Positions 15,001 to 28,081 of a stretch of 64,000 bases of DNA are shown one piece after another. Source of the DNA: Ruditapes philippinarum (lineage: Eukaryota); contig NW_026853239.1 of NCBI RefSeq assembly GCF_026571515.1, positions 1-64,000 of the forward strand, given 5' to 3'. The notes below the pieces were generated by a model, which saw only the letters and a program-made list of their open reading frames with translations, did not search any database and was not told the origin of the DNA. How positions within the stretch are numbered: the first letter of the stretch is position 1; each line of letters starts with the position of its first letter. Made by a program: the position numbers and the translations under genes.

Positions 15001-18000
15001 AGATGAAAAAAGCCATAAATCTGTACATTTAAATTTCTTGAACCCCGAGTTAAATTAATCAAAGGGCTGCAAGCTCTGTCAGTGGTATTATCTGATCTTT
15101 GCAATCTAAAGCGTACTGTATATCTGTATGTATTTTCCTGTATACGTTTATTTTTTTATACTATAATTCATCTTGCAGGACACCGAGATGCAGCGACTGC
15201 ATTTAAATTTTTACTATAACAGTTTTAGTTTGATACATACAGAATTTTGCATGACTAGAGTTGCATCAAAAACTTATTTATGTTCATTTTTTTATGACAG
15301 CCACATTTTATCCTTGCATATCGTGACTACTTCCTTAAAAAGACACTTAAAGAATATATAAAAAAAATAGATGCCTCGACTGGGATTTGAACCCCAGACC
15401 TCTCACACCCAAAACGAGCGCAACGTGGAAGTTATGAATAAAATCAAATAATTCTTAATTTAGAAATTCCATTTAGGGTTTGTAATCCTTATTAATTTGA
15501 CGTATTTTGTTCACGATAAACCTGTTGTTTAACACTGATGTAAATAATTTAGCGAAAGTCTCGCGAAAACAGTCCGACATGAATATACTCCACTACTCGA
15601 CAGTCAGATTTAGTTGTGTAATACGCTCTGAAGTATTCGGTAATCGACATCGCTGAAAATAGCATTTCCATTGATTAAAATGATATTCATCCGCGTAATT
15701 TGTGATTGTGCATTTATTGACAATTCTATAAGCCAACGCTACTTTTAAACTTTGAATGCGTTGTTATTTGTTGGATATTTGTAACAAAATTAGAATATTT
15801 CTTTCTTTTACATCGCTAGTTTTAAGCTGTTTTTAGAACTAATTGTTGTTAGGTTTGTCGTGAAGCGCTGTGCCAGAGATTGAATGTCAGCATTGTATTT
15901 CCTGATCTGCGATCAGAAAATACAAAAACCCGATCAAATAAACGAAACTGGAAAAAAAATAGACAAACAAAATATTATGATTCAACTTATACAATTTAAA
16001 TGTAAGTCCTATAAATTATATAACAAAAACAAAATTACGTCATTTAAAATGATGAGGCTTAAAACTTTGTGTCGACTACCATTGATATACTTAAAGGCCA
16101 ATCACGCCTCAGAAAGGAATATATTTTTCATTCTTTAGAAAGGGTAAACACGAGTTATATAATGTTTAAACAACGGATTTAGAACATGTTAGATGCATTT
16201 CACCAGCAGAAAATATTACTGAAAGTGAAATTATTTGTTATAAGTAGTATTTTGACTTCCATACGAAATACTAAATCACTAAAATAGTAGTAATTGCCAA
16301 AAATGCAACAGAAGCAAAAATAGATCAGTAATTTGCATATGNNNNNNNNNNNNNNNNNNNNNNNNNNNNNNNNNNNNNNNNNNNNNNNNNNNNNNNNNNN
16401 NNNNNNNNNNNNNNNNNNNNNNNNNNNNNNNNNNNNNNNNNNNNNNNNNNNNNNNNNNNNNNNNNNNNNNNNNNNNNNNNNNNNNNNNNNNNNNNNNNNN
16501 NNNNNNNNNNNNNNNNNNNNNNNNNNNNNNNNNNNNNNNNNNNNNNNNNNNNNNNNNNNNNNNNNNNNNNNNNNNNNNNNNNNNNNNNNNNNNNNNNNNN
16601 NNNNNNNNNNNNNNNNNNNNNNNNNNNNNNNNNNNNNNNNNNNNNNNNNNNNNNNNNNNNNNNNNNNNTTGGGGTAACAATAAGCCACTATACCAAGGTC
16701 TTTCTCAATATCTCTGTAATCAGCTGTGTATCCAACTTGAATTTTCGTCTGGTGCCCGAATGTTACCAAAGCTACATGTTCGGTGTATAGATCTCTCGAA
16801 TGAGACTTTGACATATCTTTAAGACCTGAAATGATGTAAAAATTCAACTGTAAAGCATTATTTTTCATATATACCTCCTTATGCGTAAATGAAACATATG
16901 AAATAAATATATATTTTCAACTATGATTAGATTTAATAAATGGATATATACGCACACGACAAACATGTGCCATGAGACAAGTTTTCACAGAAATAGTATA
17001 TTGGTTTATTTTAAGATATTTAGTTACTTATATTTCGATTCACGCATACGTACGTCCTTGCCATTTAATGGCACACATAAGGTACCATGTGCATGGTCGA
17101 ATCTTGTATCTTAGTTTGGAGACTTAACAATTGAAAACGTGTAAGAGTTAAATCGTATACCAATACATGCACAGTGTGTTAATTAACTGGAGTGTAGGTA
17201 TTAGTTACCCCCACTCACTGTCTGTTTAAAACATGCTCATTCATTCGCTCATTTTTTCTGGGGTTAACGGGAAAGAGATAATGATAGAGAAGTCATATTC
17301 ATATGCTCGTACTATGGTAACTTTTCTCTGGGGTTTAATATTAAGAAAAGTGTTATTATTTTTGTCTTTGATACAAAAGAGATAGAACATCAAAACACTC
17401 TGCAATCTGATTTATACTCGGGGCTATGACATAACATGAAATTGCATCTATTAAAGCCTTAAAGTTTAATTAACTGTAGACATCGTTATTGCGTTTTGCC
17501 CTACGCAAAATGCGCATGCGCGAAATGCAACATTCGTTGCTATGGAAAATCGTATTATAAAAAGGTCTATACTCGGGGCTATGCCCCATCGTACAACTCA
17601 CATAGTATGGTGTTTCGATGCTCCTTCTATTTCTAAACGCATCTAAATATTGATTCTCATATAAGTGCATACATTAGCGTTCAAACGCTTTAGCAATCAT
17701 GTCAACCCCTCGTCTACTAAATATATGCAACGAAAAACCCTGGATTACATGTTTTTCGATTTTTAGCTTTACGTTTGGGCTGCCGTTTCAATTTAGAAAC
17801 ACCTGTCAAAAAGTCGGTTTTTAAACTTCGAGCATCGTCCATCCTCTGAGGCGGGCCCTACTTTTAGATTATTCCAGGGAAATACTGAATACATCTTCAA
17901 GAAGCATATAACGGCAACGATCTGAAAATTACCAACAAACTATAATCTTGAGCATGTAATCAACTCGAATTGTATGTACGGAATGAAACTATGATAATCA

Positions 18001-21000
18001 CTGTAATCAGATGTACTAAATAAATTGCAATCACAAGAACGTAAATATATTGTAATAATATGTTCGTTAACAGACAGTATTCGCATGTATGTAAACAAAC
18101 TGTATTAATTAATATTATGTACGTAAACAGTTTTATATAGATTGCACATGTGTGTATATATACTTCAACAATATGTTATAATACATGGCCAGTTCTATGT
18201 TGATATATATTAAAGGGACTCCACTGGGTTGTTTTATGACATGTCGGAACTGGAAATAATTTTTCGGGATTAATATTACATTTAATGTAGGTCTAGACCA
18301 ATAACTTGTTTGCAAAATATTCAGATCATTCGCTCACTCTTTTTTTCCAGAACAATTATACAAAGTGTGAAAACTGACCCAAGATTGACCCAAGTCGGTT
18401 GCAAAATATAACACAAAATACCATTTTTCATTTTTTTCTGAGTATATTTCTTTATTTTCTTTTGCATATCTGTCTGTTTTAAGTGCCCCGGCTGATCAAT
18501 GTAAGAAATTCAAATTTTATGTTTTTGGCGTTTGGACCTCAGTGGAGTTTCTTTAAATATACATGTATGCAATGGTTATCATCATTATAAGTAGTTAAAA
18601 ATATTACACTAAAATTACACTTACAGTTATCAAGTTCATCTTGGGCCACTGATCGCCAGTGTCTCTCACTGTCAAAAACCAGCCTCGCTTCTTGTTTTAT
18701 CAGCCGCACTAAAATGTTCCATATGAAACTATATGATTTTGAATTACCATTAAAATGTTATATGGAACTATATGATTTTTAATTATCACTAAAATGTTAT
18801 ATAAAGCTATGTTGAACCTCAATATTCACAAAAACGAATTCGTCACATGTGTGAAAAAATCGCTCTAATTCCTCACACGTGTGTGACAAGTTCATACGAA
18901 TTGGGCACACATTTGTGAATTATTCGTTCAGCACTACAGGAAAACAATGCATGCTAAATTGCGTGCTTGACAAAGAAATTAACTAGATTGAAATTTGGAT
19001 GACAAAGTGTATCATAATGTATTGTTGAAAGTGTAATAACGGAAAAGAAAACCTTTAAAAATGCCGGCTATTCTTAAAAAATGTCATGAAGTATGACTGT
19101 TATGATATGATTTTCAAACCAATTTCTATTTTGTTGTTAGTTATATAACTTCACAAACAATTATTAATTTACATATTCAAAATTTGAGCAAAATGGACCT
19201 TATACACATCGTAAATACATAAGATATAAATGCAAATATGAAATACCAGAAGAAGGAGACGCCGCTACATTTAAATGAAGTATAAATCATTTTCCTGGAA
19301 CACCACCATAATTGTCTAATACTTGATTTGTTTCAATAACAAAAGTTTGTGTTAGTGAATGCCACCAATCTAATTAAAATCAGCTCTAAATAACGCTCTG
19401 CATTTAAGAAATAAGTAGGTCATAACTTTAGTCAAATTGTGAATGCCACATTAATAAATATGACTTCAAGAAATTACGATTTAGACATAAGACAAATATA
19501 ATACCTGACTGTTTAGGTACCATGAAGTTTGGCTTCTTTAACGGAACATTGCTGCAATTGATAAAGAAGTGATTGAAAAATATCACCTTATACAAATTAA
19601 GAAACTTACATTTGTAAAATTTGCAAAAAAAATTTTTTTTTAAAAATCTGAATCTTCTGAATTTAGAACTTAAGCTGACAAGCATCATGCTAATGGCGTT
19701 AATTACGTGACACGATGTCCATTTTATACGCTGTCATATTGAATTGAATTTGTCATAAATTTTTAAAGATGAATTTGTCATATATTTCAAAAGACTGGAA
19801 ATTATAATGGTATTGATCAATAATGACAAAAGATAATTAAAAATAGTTATGATACAATTTAAAAACTATCTAAATTATTAACACTTTTTAATTATTGAGA
19901 ATTAAGAACTGAGCGTTTCCGTTATATTCTGAACGATATTTTTAGAAATGTTCATTGGTCACTTGGATTATTGATTTTTTTTTTCATATTAAAATATTGG
20001 CAAAATTATGGCAAAATGTCAAGTTTATTTTCATTTTTTTTTGCCTGTTCACTAACCATTTACTTTTGGATGGGCATAATGTCATTTTCAATCTATTTAT
20101 TTTCAACTTTTTCATTTAAGTATAACCTATTTACTAACTATTTTAAATTGATTAACACTCATTTATAATTATATCAGTTGTTACATTGATAATGTACACG
20201 AAATGGGAAATTATATCAATTATTACCTTTTTCTATTTCCTTTATTTCCTTCTCCAGCGTTGCTTCGGTTGTTATAAAGTCCAGATCTACTTTCCATGTT
20301 CCTCAAACTGTTTTCTTTAAACTTTTTATCATCGTTTAATTTTTGTTTTTCTTTAGTCTTTGTAGCATCGTTTTTCTCTGCGGTTGTCATTCTGTTAAAT
20401 GCATTATCACCCTCAGGCGGTGCTGACTTAGACTTAAAACTATTGGTATGTTTATGTAGACCTTGACCCTTTGGATCTGCTGTTAGTGGGTCGCCTTCAT
20501 CGTGATTTATTAGATTCTTCTTTCTATTGGTGTCATCATGTTTTTGATCGGCAGTTTTATCTTTATCATAAGGTTCTGATTTAGTCTTTGATTTGGATTT
20601 ACTCGTTGCTGTGTCGATAACAAAAGGTATAATAAATATTTTTGTAGTAGTATTGTTGTAAACATTATGCAATGAAATATGACAGTTTTTTGGATGAAAA
20701 AGGCACATTATGGTTCAGAAACGTATGTATTTTCTTTAGAAAAAGGGCAAACATGAGTTTTTTAACATTTATTTATATAATGATTTTTGTAATGAAAAAA
20801 TTTATTAGAAAAATAAATAAAAAAACAACATTGTTTTCATAACATTATAGTAATTTCTCGAATAAGTTGTAACAGAAATTTATTGTTTTTTTTTTAACAC
20901 ACATGTTGTACAACAAATCAGAATAAATCATTCCGGAAAAAAGATAATTCCCCTCCTAATACTTGTTGGTTTACCGATTATTTGTTGCATGTTCCGCTCA

Positions 21001-23180
21001 TTTTATTTCATGAAATACATGTATACAGTCACGTTTCTTTTTATTTTTGTTTTCTGTAGCTATTTTAATTATGCTATAAACAATATTTTTTTCGTAATCC
21101 AAAGATCTGCTGAAATATATAACTTTATACACTAAAAACACTTATAAATAACACATCATATGTTTGAATTACCAGAGACTGTTGGTCCATTTTGAAGAAG
21201 TTTTAAATTACCGGTCTCGTCTTGAAATTTACGTTCCACCATGTCAAACCTGTCAACCAGTACCTTCAGATCATTACTTAAATGACTTTCATCTCTTGTT
21301 TTGAGCCTTTCCTCAATTGTATTTATGCGTGACTGAAGTTTTTCTATATCTGTGTTAACATGTATTTTTATTTAAACATAACTTCATAAGTGAAATATAC
21401 AATTGTCTGTGATGACCAGTATATTGGTGCTTTAATTTCATTTTTGTTTTACTATTACTTTAATCAAATTTTCTAAGTCAAAGTAAGCAATTATTAAAGA
21501 AATAAGTGTTGCATTATAATATAAATTGTCTAGCAGTCTTGGTGACGAAATAACCAATTTTCATCTATTAAGCCAATCGCTAAGAAAAATCGACCGGATG
21601 TAGTATTTTCTCGCGCGACTTCGTCCGAAAAGCACCGTGTCAAGATTAACTTACTTTCTGTTTAACTTATATATGCTGATAGCAGAACTTGTTTTCAAAG
21701 TTACCTACTTTTATCAATTGGTTCTGTATTGCAATTGCTGAAATTATATTAATAAGACTATGATAAGATTAACTATGGTAAGATTAACTATCATAAGATT
21801 AACTATCATAAGAATAACTATTTATTGCAGACAAAAAATACCCTTTCACAATGATCAAAATGACAAAATGGCGGTCTGTGCGGCTGATTGGACGAAAAGA
21901 TGCCACGGCGTTAAACTCCAGTTACGTGTCCCGTTATATTATGTCCCAGATTTTAGGGACTATGAAAATGTAATGTAATTATATTATGTCCCAGATTTCA
22001 GGGACTATGAAAATGTAATGTAATTATATTATGTCCCAGATTTCAGGGACTATGAAAATGTAATGTGATTATATTTTGTCCCAGATTTCTGGGACTATGA
22101 AAATGTAATGTAACTATATTATGTCCCAGATTTTAGGGACTATGAAAATGCAATGCGATTATATTTTGTCCCAGATTTTAGGGACTATGGAAATGAAACG
22201 TATTTATATTTTGTCCCAGATTTTAGGGACTATGACAATGTAATAATTAGAATTAAATTATGTCCCATATTTCAGGGACTATGAAAATGTAATGCAATTA
22301 TATTATATCCCAGATTTCAGGGAATATGAAAATGTAATAATATAATGTCCCAGATTTCAGAGACTATGCAATTGTAATGAAAATTATATTATGTCCCATA
22401 TTTCAGGGACTAAGAAAATGTAATGTAATTATATTATGTCCCAGATTTCAGGGACTATGAAAATGTAATGTAATTATATTATGTCCCAGATTTTAGGGAC
22501 TATGAAAATGTAATGTAATTATATTATGTCCCAGATTTCAGGGACTATGAAAATGTAATGTAATTATATTATGTCCCAGATTTTAGGGACTATAAAAATG
22601 TAATGTTATTACCAGGTACATTCTGTGTTGCCATCATCTATAACCCGGTTGAGTCGTTTTAACAGGAATTTACTAGTCAGCCGTATTTCGTCTATACCTG
22701 ACCGAATTTCTGTCACCTAGAATAATGCAATTATCTTGTGCATAATATCAAAAATGGCATTACAAAACAGTAAGATATTGCATATTTTTAAGCAGTAATT
22801 TGGATTTTAGGCTTAATAATATGTGCAATTGATATTAAGCCTTCTGCGTTAATTTGAAATTTTAAACACCAACACCTTGTATCAGAATATGTGTAATCTT
22901 AGAGAGAAATTGCCAAGAAATGCTAAACAACGTTGTGCTTTGATTTAATTTGATTCACCTGCCATTTTAGAAATAGGTGTCTTCAAACACTTATGAAAAG
23001 AGATTTTTTTACGTAATGAAAGTATAGAGAAACAAAGAATCCTTTCTGCAAAAAAAAAATAAAATATTTGTTATACATTTGGTTGAAAGTCCTTGATTTG
23101 AAACGAACTCAAGTTTACTGTAAAAACATAAATTGTTTAATTATGAGTATGAGCTTAAGGATGCTTACCTTGTCATCCAT
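6032..23180 (-). CDS. Gene A: multi-exon coiled-coil + VWA + 2x MIB/HERC2 domain protein (one exon damaged; last exon not recognisable)
   Basis: GT-AG exons, phase-compatible except the damaged one: 23169-23180 (MDDK), 22613-22716, 21709-21737, 21173-21349, 20227-20608, 19610-19674 (tentative), 18625-18708 ([16 protein letters not shown]), 17803-17921 (frameshifted DxSxS exon), 16694-16825 ([13 protein letters not shown]), 14760-14837 ([11 protein letters not shown]), 14079-14206 ([11 protein letters not shown]), 13656-13742, 12910-12999, 10066-10146, 8491-8698 ([26 protein letters not shown]), 6996-7142 ([19 protein letters not shown]), 6032-6111 (KDWK..GVVI). Exon lengths and phases match gene B. 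Confidence 0.85.
6330..6985 (+). repeat. Compound repeat: ~200-bp duplicated/inverted block plus ~51-63-bp tandem x4
   Basis: ATAAACGTCAAGATTATCCAATGAAAAGTGACGTTACAAACGGGCAGTATT units at 6751-6985. Confidence 0.8.
7735..8045 (+). mobile_element. SINE 3' portion (second copy at ~33400-33612)
   Basis: CCCTGCGTGA..TAAGAG..ACTAAA..ACTGGAGTCTATGCATCT..TTAGCT shared; tail ATATGACC..TGTGT.GGTGCACCGTAA. Confidence 0.7.
8112..8212 (-). mobile_element. 3' fragment of the 34399-type SINE
   Basis: Reverse complement matches TGCACGGA..GCAC..AGGTCTT..GTCGCCA.ATGACC..TGTGTTGGTG.ACGTAAA. Confidence 0.65.
8229..8460. mobile_element. Partial Kolobok-like MITE family 1 (further partial copies at ~37256-37480, ~40555-40873, ~44140-44360)
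   Basis: TTAAAGGCACTCCACT start and the family core TCTGAAATTTTGCACA..GGTCTAGACCTACATC. Confidence 0.7.
9530..9885 (+). repeat. ~190-bp tandem duplication
   Basis: ATATGTCCTACCATATCAAAC.TGTTAAAGATTTAGACATTCT occurs twice. Confidence 0.8.
10374..12206 (+). mobile_element. HINE/pearl-like non-autonomous Helentron with ~12 x 145-bp internal tandem repeats
   Basis: 5' AACAAGAGGGCCATGATGGCCCT..GCTCACCTGA; core repeats (GTGTTAACAA every ~145 bp); (GGACGAC)n microsatellite at ~12124-12156; 3' palindrome AGCTCACC..GGTGAGCT AAAAA. Confidence 0.88.
16342..16668. other. Assembly gap (327 N) within a gene A intron
   Basis: Run of N; the flanking exons are consecutive in paralog B, so no exon need be missing. 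Confidence 1.
17115..17590 (+). mobile_element. Repeat element shared with 36340-37020
   Basis: GAGTTAAATCG.ATAC.A.TACATGCACA ... AAGTCATATTCA.ATGCTCGT ... TATACT..GGGGCTATG in both copies. Confidence 0.7.
17803..17921 (-). pseudogene. Disrupted MIDAS (DxSxS) exon of gene A
   Basis: Splice sites are intact and it aligns to B exon 37705-37827 (LED..SKS..GW..DFLTG vs LED..SES..GW..NYLTG), but it is 119 nt vs 123 nt with in-frame stops and frameshifts. Confidence 0.65.
18214..18552. mobile_element. Kolobok-like MITE, family 1
   Basis: TTAA TSD, TIR AGGGACTCCACTG.GG. Confidence 0.85.
21760..21821 (+). repeat. 15-bp tandem repeat x4
   Basis: ATAAGATTAACTATC units. Confidence 0.85.
21935..22610 (+). 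repeat. 45-bp minisatellite, ~15 copies
   Basis: Unit TTATATTATGTCCCAGATTTTAGGGACTATGAAAATGTAATGTAA. Confidence 0.97.
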
Positions 23181-24092
23181 TATTTTGTAATATTACCCAG
23201 AGCCAGGCACGCTGTCAGCATTGAAGTACTTAACTGCAATGGAATATAACATAGAATTTTGCGTGTTCACGTCAAAACATAAAATATATTATGTTGAACA
23301 GAAGCGTGTACATTTAAATGACTAGTTTAGCTTAACTGTTTGTTTTTCTGCTATCATCTCGTATTCTAGGTAATTTGATACAGAAATTCAACATTTGAAC
23401 AGTTAATCTGAAATAGGAAGACCCCCCCCGCCACCGCTTGATTGACAAAAGCAAAGTGTTCAGTTCAATTCAGCCTGTGTGTGATTAAAATTGAGTCTTT
23501 CCCTGAGATTCTATGAATGGTGCAATATGTCTTGCACCTATTAAACAAGCTTACCAGTAAACTATTATAGGGAAAATATTTTTAAAAAATTGAATGACAA
23601 GTCGAATCATGTTGATTTACCTATAGCAGTACATAATTTGTCTAAACTAAGCACTCATATATGTGTAGTTTAGGTATGCTTGTTATTATTATTATTATCA
23701 TATTTTCTCTTAATAGATAATTATGTTATATTATATGAAACTTTGAGTCCGACATTCGCGCAATTTCCATGGTTAGTTGTGTCCTTGTTTGTAAGGTTTA
23801 ACCCTGAACAGTTTAAAAATAAACAACAAAAATTAAAAACAACAACATGAACAACTACAAAAAAAACAATAACAACGACAACAAAAAAAATGAAAAAAAA
23901 CAACAGCAAATAAAGAACAACAACTAACCCAACAACGAAAAGAAAATCAACAAAAAATATCATTGAAATTATACAGGAATAAGAAAAAAATTTCAAAATA
24001 GCAAATCTATATAAAAGTTCTTAAAAGTAATATTTCTAACGCGTTTACACCATCACTTTCCTTTTAATGAATATTTAATAATATATCCATAC

Positions 24093-24343
24093 CTTTAACA
24101 ATCGCAGCACGATCACCTAAAATGTACAGGAGCATTGACGAAACACACATATTTATAATTTCAACTGTAAATTATTGCAGTTAAAAACAATAGTAAACTA
24201 CCTGTTACCTCAAATTATTTCGATCCTTTTTTATATGTCCGTCAATACGATATGTATGTTGATGTCGGAAATTCAAAATATTTCCTTTAAATGAATGTTT
24301 CTAGTATGTCTTGATTATTTTCGTCCCTTTACAGTACATTACT
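24093..24343 (-). other. Putative 5' UTR exons of gene A (24202-~24343 and 24093-24116; the first coding exon starts at 23233)
   Basis: ag|gtagtt and aag|gtatgg donors, ttttag| acceptor, 85-nt intron. Confidence 0.4.
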
Positions 24344-24388
24344 GAATGTCCGTGAGACTCAATATCTTTTATTATTAGTTTCGGTTTC
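24341..24388 (-). promoter_or_regulatory. Candidate core promoter of gene A: ISRE/IRF site + TATA-like + Inr
   Basis: Minus strand reads GAAACCGAAACT (24388-24377, ISRE consensus GAAANNGAAACT), then TAATAAAAG (24375-24367), then Inr TCAGT with A at 24343, 32 nt from the TATA-like start. Confidence 0.45.
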
Positions 24389-25795
24389 ATATATAACCAC
24401 AAGCTTTTACATAGCCGGTTAGTCATGAACTTATATTGAACACTGTCATAAAACCTGTAAAATCAATGCATTTCTAGCTAAGTGTTAAGACTATGTATCG
24501 ATATCAATTTCCATGTAAAATACTCGAGAGTCAAACACAAGTAATATATCTACATACTCTAACAATGAACGTGTTCAAAATTCAAAAAATGCAGATAGGA
24601 TCACACGATATCCTCGGCTATTATGCTGAGCAATAAACCTCTGAAATAATAGTGTTATCATTTCTGATTCAAGTCATGAATATTAATGAGGTATTTGGTC
24701 CTTCCGAGGATGCCTATTTTCCGCTAATCGAAATAATATGGCGACATATTGGAACTAATTTCAGTCACATGGAACAAAAATGACGGCCTCCATGTGCCAC
24801 CTATGTGGCAAAAGTGATAGAGATTCGTAACGAGAAATACTCTTAATACAAGACATTCCGTCATTCGGACGTAAACTGCCTTATAAACCGGTGTTACTTA
24901 CGGAAGTATACGGAAAGATCCGAAGTTTGATGACTGACTAAATACATGATGTATAATAAAAATGGCATGGGGCACAAGATATAATTTATCACCTTAACGT
25001 TTTTATCCGGACTACATATACATTAAATATACATTTGTTTTCTCTGACCTAGATTTTGTAATGAACTTTCGTTGATGACTTATCATTAGTGTTTTCTTAT
25101 CATGCTTATAAATTTTAATATCAATCTGTTACATCATTATGTTTTATTTAAAGAAAAGTATATACTGCTAAATTGATAAAAATTGTTGGTTAATTTACCT
25201 TTGTTCCTTTGGTAGTTAGAGGATATCCCATATGGAAATTAAATATCATAACACCATATTCTTGAACGTTTTAAACATTCAAACAATACTTAAACACTGT
25301 TTTTATAGTGTCCATATCTTTATCTACAATTTGGTTTTCCAAACTCCACATGTATTTGCTAATGACTAATCACGATTTATTAATAGAATCCACTTTACAT
25401 CGAACAAACAAACAAAAGGATTATTTATAGACGGAAGTCGATTACCCTCAAAGTCAGTCAATATAAATCGATCTCTTCACAAAATTACTAATAAACGTAT
25501 AATTATGTTTTTCATCAATACAAAACTTAACTGGTTAAAGTTGTTATAAATACAAGTATATCAATATAGTGAGTAGTGGAGGACCCTTCTCCACTACTAT
25601 AGTGCATTCCAAATGGTAAAATATGCGCTCTGAACTTAAGAAGCATGTTTTCTGCTACTGTGACAAAACCATCTACACCATTTCCATCCTCTGGGTACAT
25701 TTTAATTTCGAAGGAAATTGTTAATCTGCGAGCAGTAACCTCGATATTTAATTTGTAACAAACCATATATAGACACATGTTAGATGACCATTTAA

Positions 25796-26030
25796 CCATT
25801 CACCTGCCGGAACCGAATCTGATTAGCCTATGAAACCATTATAGAACAAGGCCAGTCGGAGCACCCGTTCGATCTGACCAGGCTCTTTTTCTGTTGGTAG
25901 CGAATTAATTTGTATTCTGTTGATGAAATGCCTTGAACGCAATTGAACTGTTCCATGTTAAAAATACGAAAAGTCTATTTAAAGTGTAAAGGTAAAACAG
26001 GAAGTTTTATCTGATCGACAACACGGAAGG
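25796..26030. mobile_element. TTAA-flanked MITE (piggyBac-like termini)
   Basis: TTAA-CCATTCACCTGC...ACGGAAGG-TTAA; internal similarity to the 30311 MITE arm. Confidence 0.45.
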
Positions 26031-26489
26031 TTAAACACCCACTGATAAAATCCTAAATCAGCAATTAAGTTAACTTAAGTTGAAACTAATTTCTTTGATA
26101 TTATAGAACTAGAATCCTTTCTATTTTAGATGCTGACTTTAAACCAGAATTTTCTTCATAATATCAAATTTTCAATGTACTTACAATATACAAATATATA
26201 ATGAAATTATACTATTACATAAAAAAATCACTTACTTTGAATAAGGTACTATATACATGTATATGTATAGAATTTACAACACTAGAATACTAATTTGCGC
26301 CCGAAACACTATTTTCCTTAAACACAATATTTTCCTTAAACGATTATACAGGTAATTTGCAGGCAATTTGACGGTTTCGGTAATTGTTAAACCTGACTGT
26401 TTTAAGAATGTAAATCCAGATCGCTATCATTCATTTTGAATGTACATGTTGTAAAAACTGTATTTTTGTCTCAATGCATACTTGGTTAA

Positions 26490-26837
26490 AGGGACTCCAC
26501 TGAGGTTATTTGACATGATGGGACTGCAAATATTTTTCCAGATAAATTTACCATTTGATTTAGGTTTAGACCACTAATCTTTGTGCAAAATTTCTGATCG
26601 CACTCTTTTTTTTCCAGAATAATTATTCAAATACAAAACAATGGTCCAAAATGTAAAGCGTTTAAACGCTTTTCACTCAAATCGGGCTAAGAAAAGCATA
26701 AAAATACGATTTTCAATTTATTTCAAAGTATATTTCTTAACTATCTTTGCATATATTTATGTTGAAATGCCCCAGCTCATTTATGTAAGAAATTTAAATG
26801 TTATGTTTTTAGGCTTTTAAACCTCAGTGGAGTCCCT
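26490..26837. mobile_element. Kolobok-like MITE, family 1
   Basis: TTAA TSD, perfect TIR AGGGACTCCACTGAGGTT. Confidence 0.9.
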
Positions 26838-28081
26838 TTAATGTAAAGATAGGACCAATCGTTTGCTCACATACAAGACCTTAGGGTAGGTCATCAAACA
26901 GGCACTTCGATATATATTTAAAAAGAACTATAGTTGTTAAGAGTTAATTGCTTCACAATTTCCACGAAACTGAATTAGGAATCCCAAAGAAACACCATGT
27001 ACCCGGCCTAGCTATTAGATATAAATATATAGAGTATTTTTAAAAGATAAGAAGGGGAAGAACACCTCTCCCCAAGTTGTGAAATGAACTTTTAAGAATA
27101 CCAATGTACAAGTGATGACCAAAATGACAAGAATGTGTATAGCTATCACTGTTCATCTACATGTAGATACATCTCAGCCCAAAAGATTTTGCTAACCAAT
27201 ACAGTCACACTGTGATAAAATGGTCCACCTTTAAAGTGAAATCGGAAACAGCGTACACTCGGTTATAAGGAACACTAATCTTGCGCTAGGTTCCCATTTT
27301 CCTCTTTCTCTGTCTTATATTAAGATCTATATTTACAAAATAAAAAATGTATTAATGTTTATAGATTTTGAATGATTTATGTTTGAAACATAAACGATAT
27401 AAAAAAATAAAACTACGTGCAATAATAAAAGTGATAAAGTCATGTATCCAGTATGTACTACAGTAGTATATCAACATAAAACCGTTGTGATTTGTTTTTA
27501 TAAACGTATCATTTCATTTTAAACCCGCAAAAAACGCTTGCAAACGTCATGTCTATATATTGATAATGTTATACATACTTTGTTCTTTTGGCGACGCCGG
27601 AGAGCGGCGTCGTCTCTTATGGAATGCTTTTTTATTTTCGCCTATGGAAGGAGCTGTTATTATTAGCAGTTAATGTCATGTTGTGTTAATTAGTTTTAGT
27701 TTGTTGTTCTTCATTAATGCTTGTCATTTTGTTTTTTTGAACACTAATATTGTAAATGGCTCATTTCATATCTAGAATTATGGCATTGTTTCGTCCACTT
27801 CTTGTGAAAATAACTAAGGCGTGAGTTTTTATAGTGTTAAATACATGTAAAAACAAATGCCTTTCCTTTTTATAGTTGCACATTCTTTGGCTGTAAATAA
27901 ATCCCTCCCCCAAAAATATGTAACACATTATTTTCCTCTTAAGCTTTCTTACTATGTTAAAGGAAATATTACTATCGAAAATGATAGAAAATTGCACAAT
28001 AGATCAAGGGCAATGTTATAACGTGTATCCCATGACAAGGAAGGGATCAAAAGTTGAAAATATAATATTTAATATATAAAT

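Noticed and set aside
16200-16868. Long ORFs spanning X residues
   Set aside because: Artefacts of the N gap; only 16694-16825 is a real exon.
21935-22610. CRISPR-like array
   Set aside because: Head-to-tail units with no unique spacers, no cas genes, eukaryotic intron.
23721-23996. Hydrophobic 'membrane protein' ORF (also 4082-4391)
   Set aside because: Translation of (CAA/A)n low-complexity tracts or TE sequence.
25527-25799. 90-aa minus ORF between genes A and B
   Set aside because: No recognisable motif or convincing splice context; it begins in a MITE end.
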